Source of the DNA: Macrostomum lignano | Taxonomy: Eukaryota | Direction of reading: 5' to 3' | Assembly: GCA_002269645.1 (NCBI GenBank) | Contig: NIVC01001914.1 | Span: 1-64,000, forward strand | DNA length: 64,000 nt | Shown: piece after piece, positions 23,097-34,593 of the stretch | Layout: the number at the start of each line of letters is the position of its first letter | Position numbering within the stretch: position 1 is the first letter of the stretch | The notes under the pieces: model-generated | Database searches by the model: none | Seen by the model: the letters and a program-made list of their open reading frames with translations, nothing else | What the model was told of the DNA's origin: nothing | Program-made: the position numbers and the translations under genes

Positions 23097-25465
23097 GTCT
23101 CCTCTACTCTCTCCTCTCCTCACCTCTTCTCTCCTCTCCTCACCTCCTCTCCTCTCCTCTCCTCATCTCCTCTCCTCTCCTCTCCTCATCTCCCCTCCTC
23201 TCCTCTCCTCTCCTCACCTCCTCTCCTTTCCACTCCTCATCTCCTCTCCTCTCCTCTCCTCATCTCCTCTCCTCTCCTCTCCTCTCCTCTCCTCTCCTCA
23301 TCTCCTCTCCTCCCCTCTCCTCTCCTCATCTCATCTTCTTATCTCCTCTCCTCTCCTCATCTCCTCTCCTCTCCTCATCTCCTCTCCTCTCCTCTCCTCT
23401 CCTCTCCTGTCTTCATCTCCTCTCCTCTCCTCATCTCCTCTCCTCTCCTCTCCTCATATCCTCTCCTCTCCTCTCCTCTCCTCTCCTCTCCTCTCCTCTC
23501 CTCTCCTCATCTCCTCTCCTCTCCTCATCTCCTCTCCTCTCCTCTCCTCTCCTCTCCTGTCCTCTCCTCATCTCCTCTCCTCTCCTCATCTCCTCTCCTC
23601 TCCTCTCCTCTCCTCTCCTCATCTTCTCTCCTCTCCTCATCTCCTCTCCTCTCCTCTCCTCTCCTAATCTCCTCCCCTCTCCTCTCCTCATCTCCTCTTC
23701 TCATCTCCTCTCCTCTCCTCATATCCTCCCCTCTCCTCTCCTCATCTCCTCTTCTCATCTCCTCTCCTCTCCTCATATCCTCTCCTCTCCTCTCCTCATC
23801 TCCTCTCCTCTCCTCTCCTTTCCTGTCCTCTCCTCATCTCCTCTCCTCTCCTCTCCTCTCCTGTCCTCTCCTCATCTCCTCTCCTCTCATCATCTCCTCT
23901 CCTCTCCTCTCCTCATATCCTCTCCTCTCCTCTCCTCTCCTCATCTCCTCTCCTCTCCTCTCCTCTCCTCTCCTCTCCTCTCCTCTCCTCTCCTCTCCTC
24001 ACCTCCTCTCCTTTCCACTCCTCATCTCCTCTCCTCTCCTCTCCTCATCTCCTCTCCTCTCCTCTCCTCTCCTCTCCTCTCCTCATCTCCTCTCCTCCCT
24101 CTCCTCTCCTCATCTCATCTTCTTATCTCCTCTCCTCTCCTCATCTCCTCTCCTCTCCTCATCTCCTCTCCTCTCCTCTCCTCTCCTCTCCTCTCCTCTC
24201 CTGTCTTCATCTCCTCTCCTCTCCTCATCTCCTCTCCTCTCCTCTCCTCATATCCTCTCCTCTCCTCTCCTCTCCTCTCCTCTCCTCTCCTCTCCTCTCC
24301 TGTCCTCTCCTCATCTCCTCTCCTCTCCTCATCTCCTCTCCTCTCCTCTCCTCTCCTGTCCTCTCCTCATCTCCTCTCCTCTCCTCATCTCCTCTCCTCT
24401 CCTCTCCTCTCCTCTCCTGTCCTCTCCTCATCTCCTCTCCTCTCCTCATCTCCTCTCCTCTCCTCTCCTCTCCTCTCCTCATCTTCTCTCCTCTCCTCAT
24501 CTCCTCTCCTCTCCTCTCCTAATCTCCTCCCCTCTCCTCTCCTCATCTCCTCTTCTCATCTCCTCTCCTCTCCTCATATCCTCCCCTCTCCTCTCCTCAT
24601 CTCCTCTTCTCATCTCCTCTCCTCTCCTCATATCCTCTCCTCTCCTCTCCTCATCTCCTCTCCTCTCCTCTCCTTTCCTGTCCTCTCCTCATCTCCTCTC
24701 CTCTCCTCTCCTCTCCTGTCCTCTCCTCATCTCCTCTCCTCTCATCATCTCCTCTCCTCTCCTCTCCTCATATCCTCTTCTCTCCTCTCCTCTCCTCATT
24801 TCCTCTCCTCTCCTCTCCTCTCCTCTCCTCTCCTCTCCTCTCCTCTCCTCTCCTCTCCTCATCTCCTCTCCTCTCCTCTCCTCATCTCCTCTCCTCTCCT
24901 CTCCTCTCCTAATTTCCTCCCCTCTCCTCTCCTCATCTCCTCTTCTTATCTCCTCTCCTCTCCTCATCTCCTCTCCTCTCCTCATCTCCTCTCCTCTCCT
25001 CTCCTCATATCCTCTCCTCTCCTCTCCTCTCCTCTCCTCTCCTCTCCTGTCTTCATCTCCTCTCCTCTCCTCATCTCCTCTCCTCTCCTCTCCTCATATC
25101 CTCTCCTCTCCTCTCCTCTCCTCTCCTCTCCTCTCCTCTCCTCATCTCCTCTCCTCTCCTCTCCTCATCTCCTCTCCTCTCCTCTCCTCTCCTCTCCTCT
25201 CCTCATCTCCTCTCCTCTCCTCTCCTCATCTCCTCTCCTCTCCTCTCCTCTCCTCATCTCCTCTCCTCTCCTCATCTCCTCTCCTCTCCTCTCCTCTCCT
25301 CTCCTCTCCTCATCTCCTCTCCTCTCCTCATCTCCTCTCCTCTCCTCTCCTCATCTCCTCTCCTCTCCTCATCTCCTCTCCTCTCCTCTCCTCTCCTCTC
25401 CTCATCTCCTCTCCTCTCCTCATCTCCTCTCCTCTCCTCTCCTCATCTCCTCTCCTCTCTCCTAC
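23097..25465 (+). repeat. (CTCCT)n polypyrimidine satellite, about 2.4 kb, filling intron 8 of Mcr copy 2
   Basis: Read directly; it produces the 851-aa SPLLS artefact ORF. Confidence 0.98.
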
Positions 25466-25939
25466 TTTCTTCTCCTATCCTTCGTTCATCTACTCTCTCT
25501 TCTCTCCCCCCTCTTTCTACTACAATCTACTCATTTCTCTATCCTCTCTTCCAATTTCTCCATTTTCCCGTTTAACTGTGACCAGCCAAATAACAAAACT
25601 GCAGTCGCTCTTCATCATGGCTGACCCAATGCTTCAAGAGCTTCTCACGATGTCACTCCAAAACAGATTCTGGTCGAAATGAAGAAAAGCTCCGACGTCG
25701 AATTCATCCAAGTCGACGCTTTGAGTCGGCAAGGCAGCTACTCGGTAAGATCGCTGGCCAATCACAGCGCTCACACGATGGTATACCTTCCCGCCGGCAG
25801 CACCAAGATGGTTTAATTTCCCGTGCTGCCAAAGAAGCTCGGCCTGAATCTCGTCACTTTTTGTTCGTTCGCCTTCTTGGGTGGAGAGTGCTCGACAGTG
25901 ACTATTGATGTGGCGGTAAGACATCCTCAATCCCGATCC

Positions 25940-26207
25940 TCATCTCGCTTTAGATCTAGATCTAAATCCTCTCAATCCTCTCAGTCCCATCTAGATCACA
26001 TCTTAATCCCCATCCAGCTCCAAATCTAGATCCCATCAAGGTCCCATCTAGATAATCATCTACATGTAGATCTCCATCGATAATCCTTGTCTAGATCCTC
26101 ATCCAGATCCTCATCCAGATTCCCATCCAGTTTCTCATCTAGATCCCCATCTAACTACTCGTCTAAATATTTATCTAGTAGATCCCCATATCCCATCAAG
26201 ATCCCCA
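25940..26207 (+). repeat. Degenerate CTAGATCCCAT-type low-complexity repeat
   Basis: Recurrent TCTAGATCC/ATCCCCATC motifs. Confidence 0.7.
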
Positions 26208-26399
26208 TCGGGTAGCGAGAAATTCGCGGCCAGAGACTTGTTGCAGAGGACGGCCAGGACTGATAATTACCTGTACTGGGCTGCGGAGAGGGTGCGACCG
26301 GCTGCCAGGGAGACCGACTCCGCTGGGGAACTCTGATCAGGTTTGGGGAGCTCGCTGCTGAGCAGCAAATGCATTGCTGGGTATCTGATGGGAGTTCGG

Positions 26400-26715
26400 A
26401 TTGAGGATCTGGGAGGCTGGTGGCCCAGCAACTGAGGATCTGGGAGGCTGGTGGCCCAACAACTGAGGATCTGGGAGGCTGGTGGCCCAGCAACTGAGGA
26501 TCTGGGAGGCTGGTGGCCCAACAACTGAGGATCTGGGAGGCTGGTGGCCCAGCAACTGAGGATCTGGGAGGCTGGCCCAGCAACTGAGGATCTGGGAGGC
26601 TGGTGGCCCAGCAACTGAGGATCTGGGAGGCTGGTGGCCCAGCAACTGAGGATTTGGGAGGCTGGTGGCCCAGCAACTGAGGATCTGGGAGGCTGGCCCA
26701 GCAACTGAAGATCTG
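26400..26715 (+). repeat. 31-bp minisatellite (GGATCTGGGAGGCTGGTGGCCCAGCAACTGA), about 10 units
   Basis: Read directly; it lies inside the copy-2-specific intron 26341-26831. Confidence 0.95.
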
Positions 26716-27968
26716 GGACTAAAAAATCTGTTCTGGACCACAAGCCAACAAGAAAAAAGTTCACACAAAAGATCAGCAATGTTTCCAGCGCACGGGAGTT
26801 TTACAGATGCATTAAAATCATTCCATCGCAGAGCTCGCATCGAAGGCGCAAACGACGCTTACGCGGTTCAAGCCTCGTCATTCGCTCTGCTCGCCTTGTT
26901 GAAGTCCAAACCAACCAATGCGGCAGAGAGCATGAGCGCAAGCCTGCAGCATAACGTAACTAAAATCGTAAACTTCATAGCCGAGACCAAAAATTCGGCA
27001 AACGGCTGGGTGTCGACTCAGGACACAGCGTTTGCAGTCAGAGCGCTGCGGGAGCTGGCCCAGCGCGATCTCAACAGGGACATCTATCGACTCAACGCGG
27101 CTGTGACTGCGACCTCAAACGCTTCAAGGGCTGCTAGCTTCTTGTTGGACGGAAACGATCTGAGCGAGGCCCGGACGCTGTTGCTAGGCAATGATGACAC
27201 CTGGGGCGAGGTGCAAATTCACGCGAGCGGCAGCGGTCGAGCCCTGCTTCAGTTGCACTCGAGGAAATCTGTTGAGAACGCGTTCCAGGTGAAGAACTCG
27301 CCGGAGCAGGATAATTGTCCTCAGCAGAAGTTCGAGCTCTCCTGTACGCCGAGCTTTGGAGGACGAAACGGAAGCCTGTTTTACATGACCGCCTGCGCCA
27401 GGTGCGCTGAATTGCGGGTGCGAGAATTGGGAGAAGCTGGGGAAACCACCAGGCAGACCAAGGGAAACCAACGCCAATCATAAACCAGACAACCAATGGA
27501 AGCAATTTAGCATCATTCAAGATGAACAACATGACCTGATTCAAACGTCATTTCCCAGATGGACTTGGACAGAACGCTTCGAGACTAGCGGCATGGGTCT
27601 GCTGTCCTTCACCTTTCCCACTGGCTACCATTCGAGCAACTACGGCCTGAGAAATTTCCTGCTAGCGTTGAGGCCAACCGTGCCCACCTCAGGCACCTGT
27701 GGAATGACCGAGTTGCTGTTAAGGCTTTCTTTACTTATGTGAGAAATTTGAAATAAATATATTTCTCCCTCAGTGTGCGACACCAACGAATAACAAAAAA
27801 ATGGCTCTGCAGATTTCATCCCGTCAGTCGACTTGTCTGACCATCCGCATGCCCCGATGGCACCCAGTGGCAAACACGAGCATCGAGCAGAGCTGCCAGA
27901 TCTACGAGTACTTTGAGACTGGTCTGTAAAGGAGAGAGAAATGTGGCTCATATAGTGAGCCTGTTAGC

Positions 27969-28325
27969 GAATTCAGTAGCATTCCCTCCTGACCAAACTG
28001 TAGAATTCAGTGGCATTCCCTCCTGACCAAACTGTAGAATTCAGTGGCATTCCCTCCTGACCAAACTGGAGAATTCAGTGATAAAATGGAGAATTCAGTG
28101 GCGTTCCCTCCTGACCAAATTTGAGAATTCAGTGGCATTCCCTCCTGACCAAACTGTAGAATTTAGTGGCATTCCCTCCTGACCAAACTGGCGAATTCAA
28201 AGGAATTCCCTCCTGACCAAATTGGCAAATTCAAAGGAATTTCCTCCTGACCAAACTGGCAAATTCAAAGGAATTCCCTCCTGACCAAACTGGCAAATTC
28301 AAAGGAATTCCCTCCTGACCAAATG
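27969..28325 (+). repeat. 34-bp minisatellite (GAATTCAGTGGCATTCCCTCCTGACCAAACTGTA), about 10 units
   Basis: Read directly; it lies in the last intron of Mcr copy 2. Confidence 0.93.
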
Positions 28326-29002
28326 GTATAACTGAGATTACCAATTAATTAGTATAAAACTTTATTACAAATTTTGAAACAAAAACCATTACAGACAATG
28401 GAAACTACACAATGTACAGCACAAGGTCATTGCAGGCCAACGACCTCTGCAGAGTTTGCGGCTCGTTCCAGTGCCCCTACTGCGTAGACTACAACAGCTC
28501 GACCAGCTTGTTAAATTCGTCCAGCACGCTATGGTTGGTGTTGCTCAGTATTGCAGCAACCGTAGCTACTCTGCAAACACAGCTACTAACAGTAGCCAGT
28601 TCGGGATATTTCTAAACTATTTTTTCTTTAATTAACTAACAGACATTTACTTCCCAACCTAGCACTGCAACTCTAGCTGGAATAATTTTACTGGCGTTAA
28701 AAAAGCAAGCAAAAATCCACGCACCAAAATTTTCAAAGTACTCGTAGTATAACCACAAACTTTAATGCAACTGAACAGAAACTCGACAATCGGTATATTT
28801 TTAATAATTAACAAAACAGGAAGAACTGGAGAAAAATGCTTAGCTACTGAAAAGAACAAGTTGAAATGCATACAAATAAACTGTTTAAAAATAGACAGAC
28901 TGGAACACAAAACTAAAGATTGCCTTCGTTTCTAGACTTTGTAGCAAAAAATGAAGTCCAAAGCTAAGATGCAATTTACACATGCTTTAGCTCGAACCAT
29001 CC

Positions 29003-30345
29003 ATGTAGACACGCTCTAGCCCAACCCCTCAATGTACACACGCTCTAGCCCAACCCCTCAATGTACACACGCTCTAGCCCAACCCCTCAATGTACACACG
29101 CTCTAGCCCAACCTCTCAATGTACATACGCTCTAGCCCAACCCCTCAATGTACACACGCTCTAGCCCAACCCCTCAATGTACACACGCTCTAGCCCAACC
29201 CCTCAATGTACACATGCTTTAGCCCAACCCCTCAAAGTACACACGCTCTACCTAGCCCAACCCCTCAATGTACACACGCTCTAGCCCAACCCCAATGTAC
29301 ACACGCTCTAGCCCAACCCCTCAATGTACACACGCTCTAGCCCAACCCCTCAATGTACACACGCTCTAGCCCAACCCCTCAATGTACACACGCTCTAGCT
29401 CAACCCCTCAATGTACACACGCTCTAGCCCAACCCCTCAATGTACACACGCTCTAGCCCAACCTCTCAATGTACATACGCTCTAGCCCAACCCCTCAATG
29501 TACACACGCTCTAGCCCAACCCCTCAATGTACACACGCTCTAGCCCAACCCCTCAATGTACACATGCTTTAGCCCAACCCCTCAAAGTACACACGCTCTA
29601 CCTAGCCCAACCCCTCAATGTACACACGCTCTAGCCCAACCCCTCAATGTACACACGCTCTAGCCCAACCCCTCAATGTACACACGCTCTAGCCCAACCC
29701 CTCAATGTACACACGCTCTAGCCCAACCCCTCAATGTACACATGCTCTAGCCCAACCCCTCAATGTACACACGCTCTAGCCCAACCCCTCAATGTACACA
29801 CGCTCTAGCCCAACCTCTCAATGTACATACGCTCTAGCCCAACCCCTCAATGTACACACGCTCTAGCCCAACCCCTCAATGTACACACGCTCTAGCCCAA
29901 CCTCTCAATGTACATACGCTCTAGCCCAACCCCTCAATGTACACACGCTCTAGCCCAACCCCTCAATGTACACACGCTCTAGCCCAACCCCTCAATGTAC
30001 ACACGCTCTAGCCCAACCCCTCAATGTACACACGCTCTAGCTCAACCCCTCAATGTACACACGCTCTAGCCCAACCCCTCAATGTACACACGCTCTAGCC
30101 CAACCCCTCAATGTACACACGCTCTAGCCCAACCTCTCAATGTACATACGCTCTAGCCCAACCCCTCAATGTACACACGCTCTAGCCCAACCCCTCAATG
30201 TACACATGCTTTAGCCCAACCTCTCAATGTACACACGCTCTAGCCCAACCCCTCAATGTACACACGCTCTAGCCCAACCTCTCAATGTACACATGCTTTA
30301 GCCCAACCCCTTAATGTACACACGTTATAGCTAGACCAACCCCTC
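29003..30345 (+). repeat. 29-bp minisatellite (TGTACACACGCTCTAGCCCAACCCCTCAA), about 46 units
   Basis: Read directly. Confidence 0.97.
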
Positions 30346-30472
30346 AACGCCGACAACTTAACATAGCAACGCTAAAAAAGTTAGCCAGTCAATGTCCAAT
30401 GGCTCAAGACATGGATCAATAGTGTCGCGTTACGGAAGACCAAGTCACCCCTAGAAAAACTCGCCAAATGCC

Positions 30473-31027
30473 CTAAGAAAACAGCTGAACCATCAGATCG
30501 ATCGCATAGAACTCTGTAGCCACCGAGCAAGCCAAATGGAATCCGTCGCCTTCCTCGTAGCAGCCGCCTTCAACAAATTCCACGCTCCAATTGCTGCCCT
30601 CGGCTGCGTCCGGTGGAATCGGCAAGACGCTCAACGCTAACAACAGGCGACAGAACGCCGACTGCAGCTCAGCTAGGGGCCAATCAACCAGACGAGTGAC
30701 ATCCAGAGTGAAGGCATCGCTAGAACGCGGCCGCAGTCGCAGTCTCAAACGGCGCCGTCTGCCTAAAAATAAATCTATCGCGTCAACGTGACGAGCATCT
30801 GCCTCGTACGCCAAGGCCAGTTCGCCAACGTAATTAGAAACTTGAACGTCAGCGCAGCGGAACACCGGGGCGGACGAATCGTACACCACTCGTCGAGAGA
30901 AACAGCCAGGTGGATAAGCGCCCGACAGACGAAGCGCTTGATGAAGAAATACTTCGAGAAATTCGGCCACTAGGGTGGTCGGAGTGACGCCTGACGGCAC
31001 TGACGATCGACGGTCTGATTGGTTCGA
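30473..31027 (-). CDS. MAD2L2: HORMA-domain protein, REV7/MAD2L2-like (divergent); no ATG at its 5' end
   Basis: LVAEFLEVFLHQALRLSGAYPPGCFSRRVVY...VFRCADVQVSNYV resembles REV7 (EFLEVAVHLILYVREVYP.GIF.KRKKY), and AFCRLLLALSVLP resembles the HORMA C-terminal helix. A TTTGCAG acceptor precedes the ORF in phase 0. Confidence 0.72.
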   Translation of the reverse strand, partial: SNQSDRRSSVPSGVTPTTLVAEFLEVFLHQALRLSGAYPPGCFSRRVVYDSSAPVFRCADVQVSNYVGELALAYEADARHVDAIDLFLGRRRRLRLRLRPRSSDAFTLDVTRLVDWPLAELQSAFCRLLLALSVLPIPPDAAEGSNWSVEFVEGGCYEEGDGFHLACSVATEFYAIDLMVQLFS

Positions 31028-31519
31028 CTGCAAATTTAATTAACGATCAGGCTCTCTGCAGTTAATAGGAGACTTCTCAGTTCACCCAACTGTAAAACGG
31101 GTGTCAGCATTAGCTGGGTTAATTGAGGGTTGCACATCTGTGCCAATTGGAGCAGGTGTAACAAATTATTATTAATTTTTACATCTTAAAAACCATAAAA
31201 AGCTTTTTAAAACCGTACCAGCAATCTTAGCCTCTCAGCAGGGAGACAACAAAGGACTGAAGGAATAGAAAAGCCTTATATAGTCTGTAGAGATTAAAAT
31301 GTCTGAACTAGAAAAACTATTATCCTTTCTGACAAAAAATTTCCAGTTCACAATATCTGCAGACAGACTTTGGCAGCTCAGCAATCTACCGAAACCACTG
31401 TATTGTACACTTGTAATGCCTGACGATTTGAAAGTCACGGGCGCTGTACATCCGTGTAAGCGTGTGACTGCATGAGTAGAGTGTGCAGGACTTTGATTAC
31501 AAGGCAGTCGCAATTCTAA

Positions 31520-33044
31520 GGGGCGCCAACAGTTGGTCTCTTGGACGGTGCCCTTGTCGCTTGGTTGGTGCCCGTCTCTTGGTTGGCGCCCCTGTCTCTT
31601 GGTTGGCGCCCCTGTCTCTTGGTTGGCGCCCCTGTCTCTTGGTTGGCGCCCCTGTCTCTTGGTTGGCGCCCCTGTCTCTTGGTTGGCGCCCCTGTCTCTT
31701 GGTTGGCGCCCCTGTCTCTTGGTTGGCGCCCGTCTCTTGGTTGGCGCCCCTGTCTCTTGGTTGGCGCCCCTGTCTCTTGGTTGGCGCCCCTGTCTCTTGG
31801 TTGGCGCCCCTGTCTCTTGGTTGGCGCCCCTGTCTCTTGGTTGGCGCCCCTTTCTCTTAGTTGGCGCCCCTGTCTCTTAGTTGGCGCCCCTGTCTTTTAG
31901 TTGGCGCCCCGGTTTCTTGGTTGGCGCCCCTGTCTCTTGGTTGGCGCCCCTGTCTCTTGGACGGTGCCCTTGTCGCTTGGTTGGTGCCCGTCTCTTGGTT
32001 GGCGCTCCTGTCTCTTGGTTGGCGCCCCTGTCTCTTGGTTGGCGCCCCTGTCTCTTGGTTGGCGCCCCTGTCTCTTGGTTGGCGCCCCTGTCTCTTGGTT
32101 GGCGCCCCTGTCTCTTGGTTGGCGCCCCTGTCTCTTGGTTGGCGCCCCTGTCTCTTGGTTGGCGCCCGTCTCTTGGTTGGCGCCCCTGTCTCTTGGTTGG
32201 CGCCCCTGTCTCTTGGTTGGCGCCCCTGTCTCTTGGTTGGCGCCCCTGTCTCTTGGTTGGCGCCCCTGTCTCTTGGTTGGCGCCCCTTTCTCTTAGTTGG
32301 CGCCCCTGTCTCTTAGTTGGCGCCCCTGTCTTTTAGTTGGCGCCCCGGTTTCTTGGTTGGCGCCCCTGTCTCTTGGTTGGCGCCCCTGTCTCTTGGACGG
32401 TGCCCTTGTCGCTTGGTTGGTGCCCGTCTCTTGGTTGGCGCTCCTGTCTCTTGGTTGGCGCTCCTGTCTCTTGGTTGGCGCCCCTGTCTCTTGGTTGGCG
32501 CCCCTGTCTCTTAGTTGGCGCCCCTTTCTCTTAGTTGGCGCCCCTGTCTCTTAGTTGGCGCCCCTGTCTTTTAGTTGGCGCCCCGGTTTCTTGGTTGGCG
32601 CCCCTGTCTCTTGGTTGGCGCCCCTGTCTCTTGGTTGGCGCCCCGGTTTCTTGGTTGGCGCCCCTGTCTCTTGGTTGGCGCCCCTGTCTCTTGGTTGGCG
32701 CCCCTGTCTCTTGGTTGGCGCCCCTGTCTCTTAGTTGGCGCCCCTGTCTCTTAGTTGGCGCCCCGGTCTCTTGGTTGGCGCCCCTGTCTCTTGGTTGGCG
32801 CCCCTGTCTCTTAGTTGGCGCCCCTGTCTCTTAGTTGGCGCCCCGGTCTTTTGGTTGGCGCCCCTGTCTCTTGGTTGGCGCCCCTGTCTCTTGGTTGGCG
32901 CCCCTGTCTCTTGGTTGGCGCCCCTGTCTCTTGGTTGGTGCCCCTGTCTCTTAGTTGGCGCCCCTGTCTTTTGGTTGGCGCCCCTGTCTCTTGGTTGGCG
33001 CCCCTGTCTCTTGGTTGGCGCCCCTGTCTCTTGGTTGGCGCCCC
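31520..33044 (+). repeat. 20-bp minisatellite (TTGGTTGGCGCCCCTGTCTC), about 75 units
   Basis: Read directly; variant blocks recur 436 bp apart (31861 and 32297). Confidence 0.97.
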
Positions 33045-33877
33045 GGGAACTTAGCCGAATTTTGGTCACAAAATCAGGCATGACAGGCATGGCACATCAA
33101 CTGCTGTACCGCAATCAGTCAGATCGACTATAAAAAGAAAATCAAGTCGGCAGTGTTATTTTAAAAAACTGACAAACAGTAGCAAACCGTGAGCATATAT
33201 TTTACTATAAAAAACACAACGCTAATCTTCTATATAAGTTTATTACACATTTGAACTGAAAAAATGCCAGATATATAATTTTCAAATTCAAACGAAAAAT
33301 TTGCAGCAATCAATTAAAACAAATACTCGCAAAAAAACTGCAGCAGAAGAGAAAATGTCAAGTTACAGCAGCAGCATAGGTGAAGCCATGACGATTAAGT
33401 CAAAATTCATTTGGCGCAAGAGATCAAACTCTGCATTGAGCGGGGATGCATTGAAAGTTAAAGACAGAATTAGCTGCTTTGAATACAGTTGTAAAAAAGA
33501 CAAAATAATTTGGCAAGAGATTGGAAAGCTGATTGGACCAAGGGTATAATTTGCATCATTTATTTATTTGTAGCATCTACAATGCAAAAAATTAGGGTAA
33601 AATAGAAATTAGCTTGATAAAGATTCCTAAGATCGTATATTCATTTTTGGATGAATTGATATCAATTGCCTTACAACTACTGTAAGTATTATATTAGAAC
33701 TGCTGCTTTGTGGAATGGTCTTCTATTGTCAATTGAGATGGAAAGTGAATAGAAGTTACTAAAACTAAAAGGAATGTTTGTATTTTACTGTTTTAGTTCA
33801 AGGGAATCTATTCGATTGCTTTTTATTACGCTTTTCGTAAAGCCTTTAAAATATATAACAAGCGCACTGATAAGCTG

Positions 33878-33937
<60 letters not shown>

Positions 33938-33948
33938 CACACACAGAA

Positions 33949-34009
<61 letters not shown>

Positions 34010-34020
34010 CGCACACAGAA

Positions 34021-34065
<45 letters not shown>

Positions 34066-34084
34066 TACAGACGGACAGACAGAC

Positions 34085-34123
<39 letters not shown>

Positions 34124-34126
34124 CAC

Positions 34127-34173
<47 letters not shown>

Positions 34174-34182
34174 CACAGACAC

Positions 34183-34225
<43 letters not shown>

Positions 34226-34246
34226 CACAGACAGACAGACAGACAC

Positions 34247-34305
<59 letters not shown>

Positions 34306-34306
34306 C

Positions 34307-34349
<43 letters not shown>

Positions 34350-34394
34350 CACAGACAGAAAGACAGACAGACAGACAGACAGACACACAGACAG

Positions 34395-34425
<31 letters not shown>

Positions 34426-34462
34426 CACAGACAGACAGACACACAGACAGACAGACAGACAC

Positions 34463-34495
<33 letters not shown>

Positions 34496-34497
34496 AG

Positions 34498-34569
<72 letters not shown>

Positions 34570-34593
34570 AACAAACAGACAGACAGACAGACA
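33878..34593 (+). repeat. (GACA)n microsatellite
   Basis: Read directly. Confidence 0.98.

Larger units (their letters stand above)
14388..28615 (+). pseudogene. Tandem Mcr/TEP-like paralog, disabled as assembled
   Basis: Exons homologous to copy 1: 14388-14521 plus 17129-17176 (split by a LINE), 17263-17479, 17804-18413 (+1 frameshift), 18519-18748 (-4 nt), 18834-19541, 20501-20699, 21025-~21260 (TAG at 21174), 22796-23030, 25667-25915 (TAA at 25814), ~26208-26340 (frameshift, 5' part missing), 26832-27401, 27559-27738 (frameshift), 27813-27921, 28395-28615. Confidence 0.82.

Noticed and set aside
23069-25624. 851-aa Ser/Pro/Leu ORF
   Set aside because: It is a translation of the (CTCCT)n satellite inside an intron of Mcr copy 2.
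27969-28325. CRISPR-like appearance of the 23-34-bp arrays (also 26400-26715 and 56376-56690)
   Set aside because: The units are head to tail with no unique spacers, there are no cas genes, and the context is eukaryotic.
31235-31513. 92-aa minus-strand ORF upstream of the REV7-like ORF (possible last exon of an operon partner)
   Set aside because: No recognisable homology and no linked upstream exons found; it needs transcript data.
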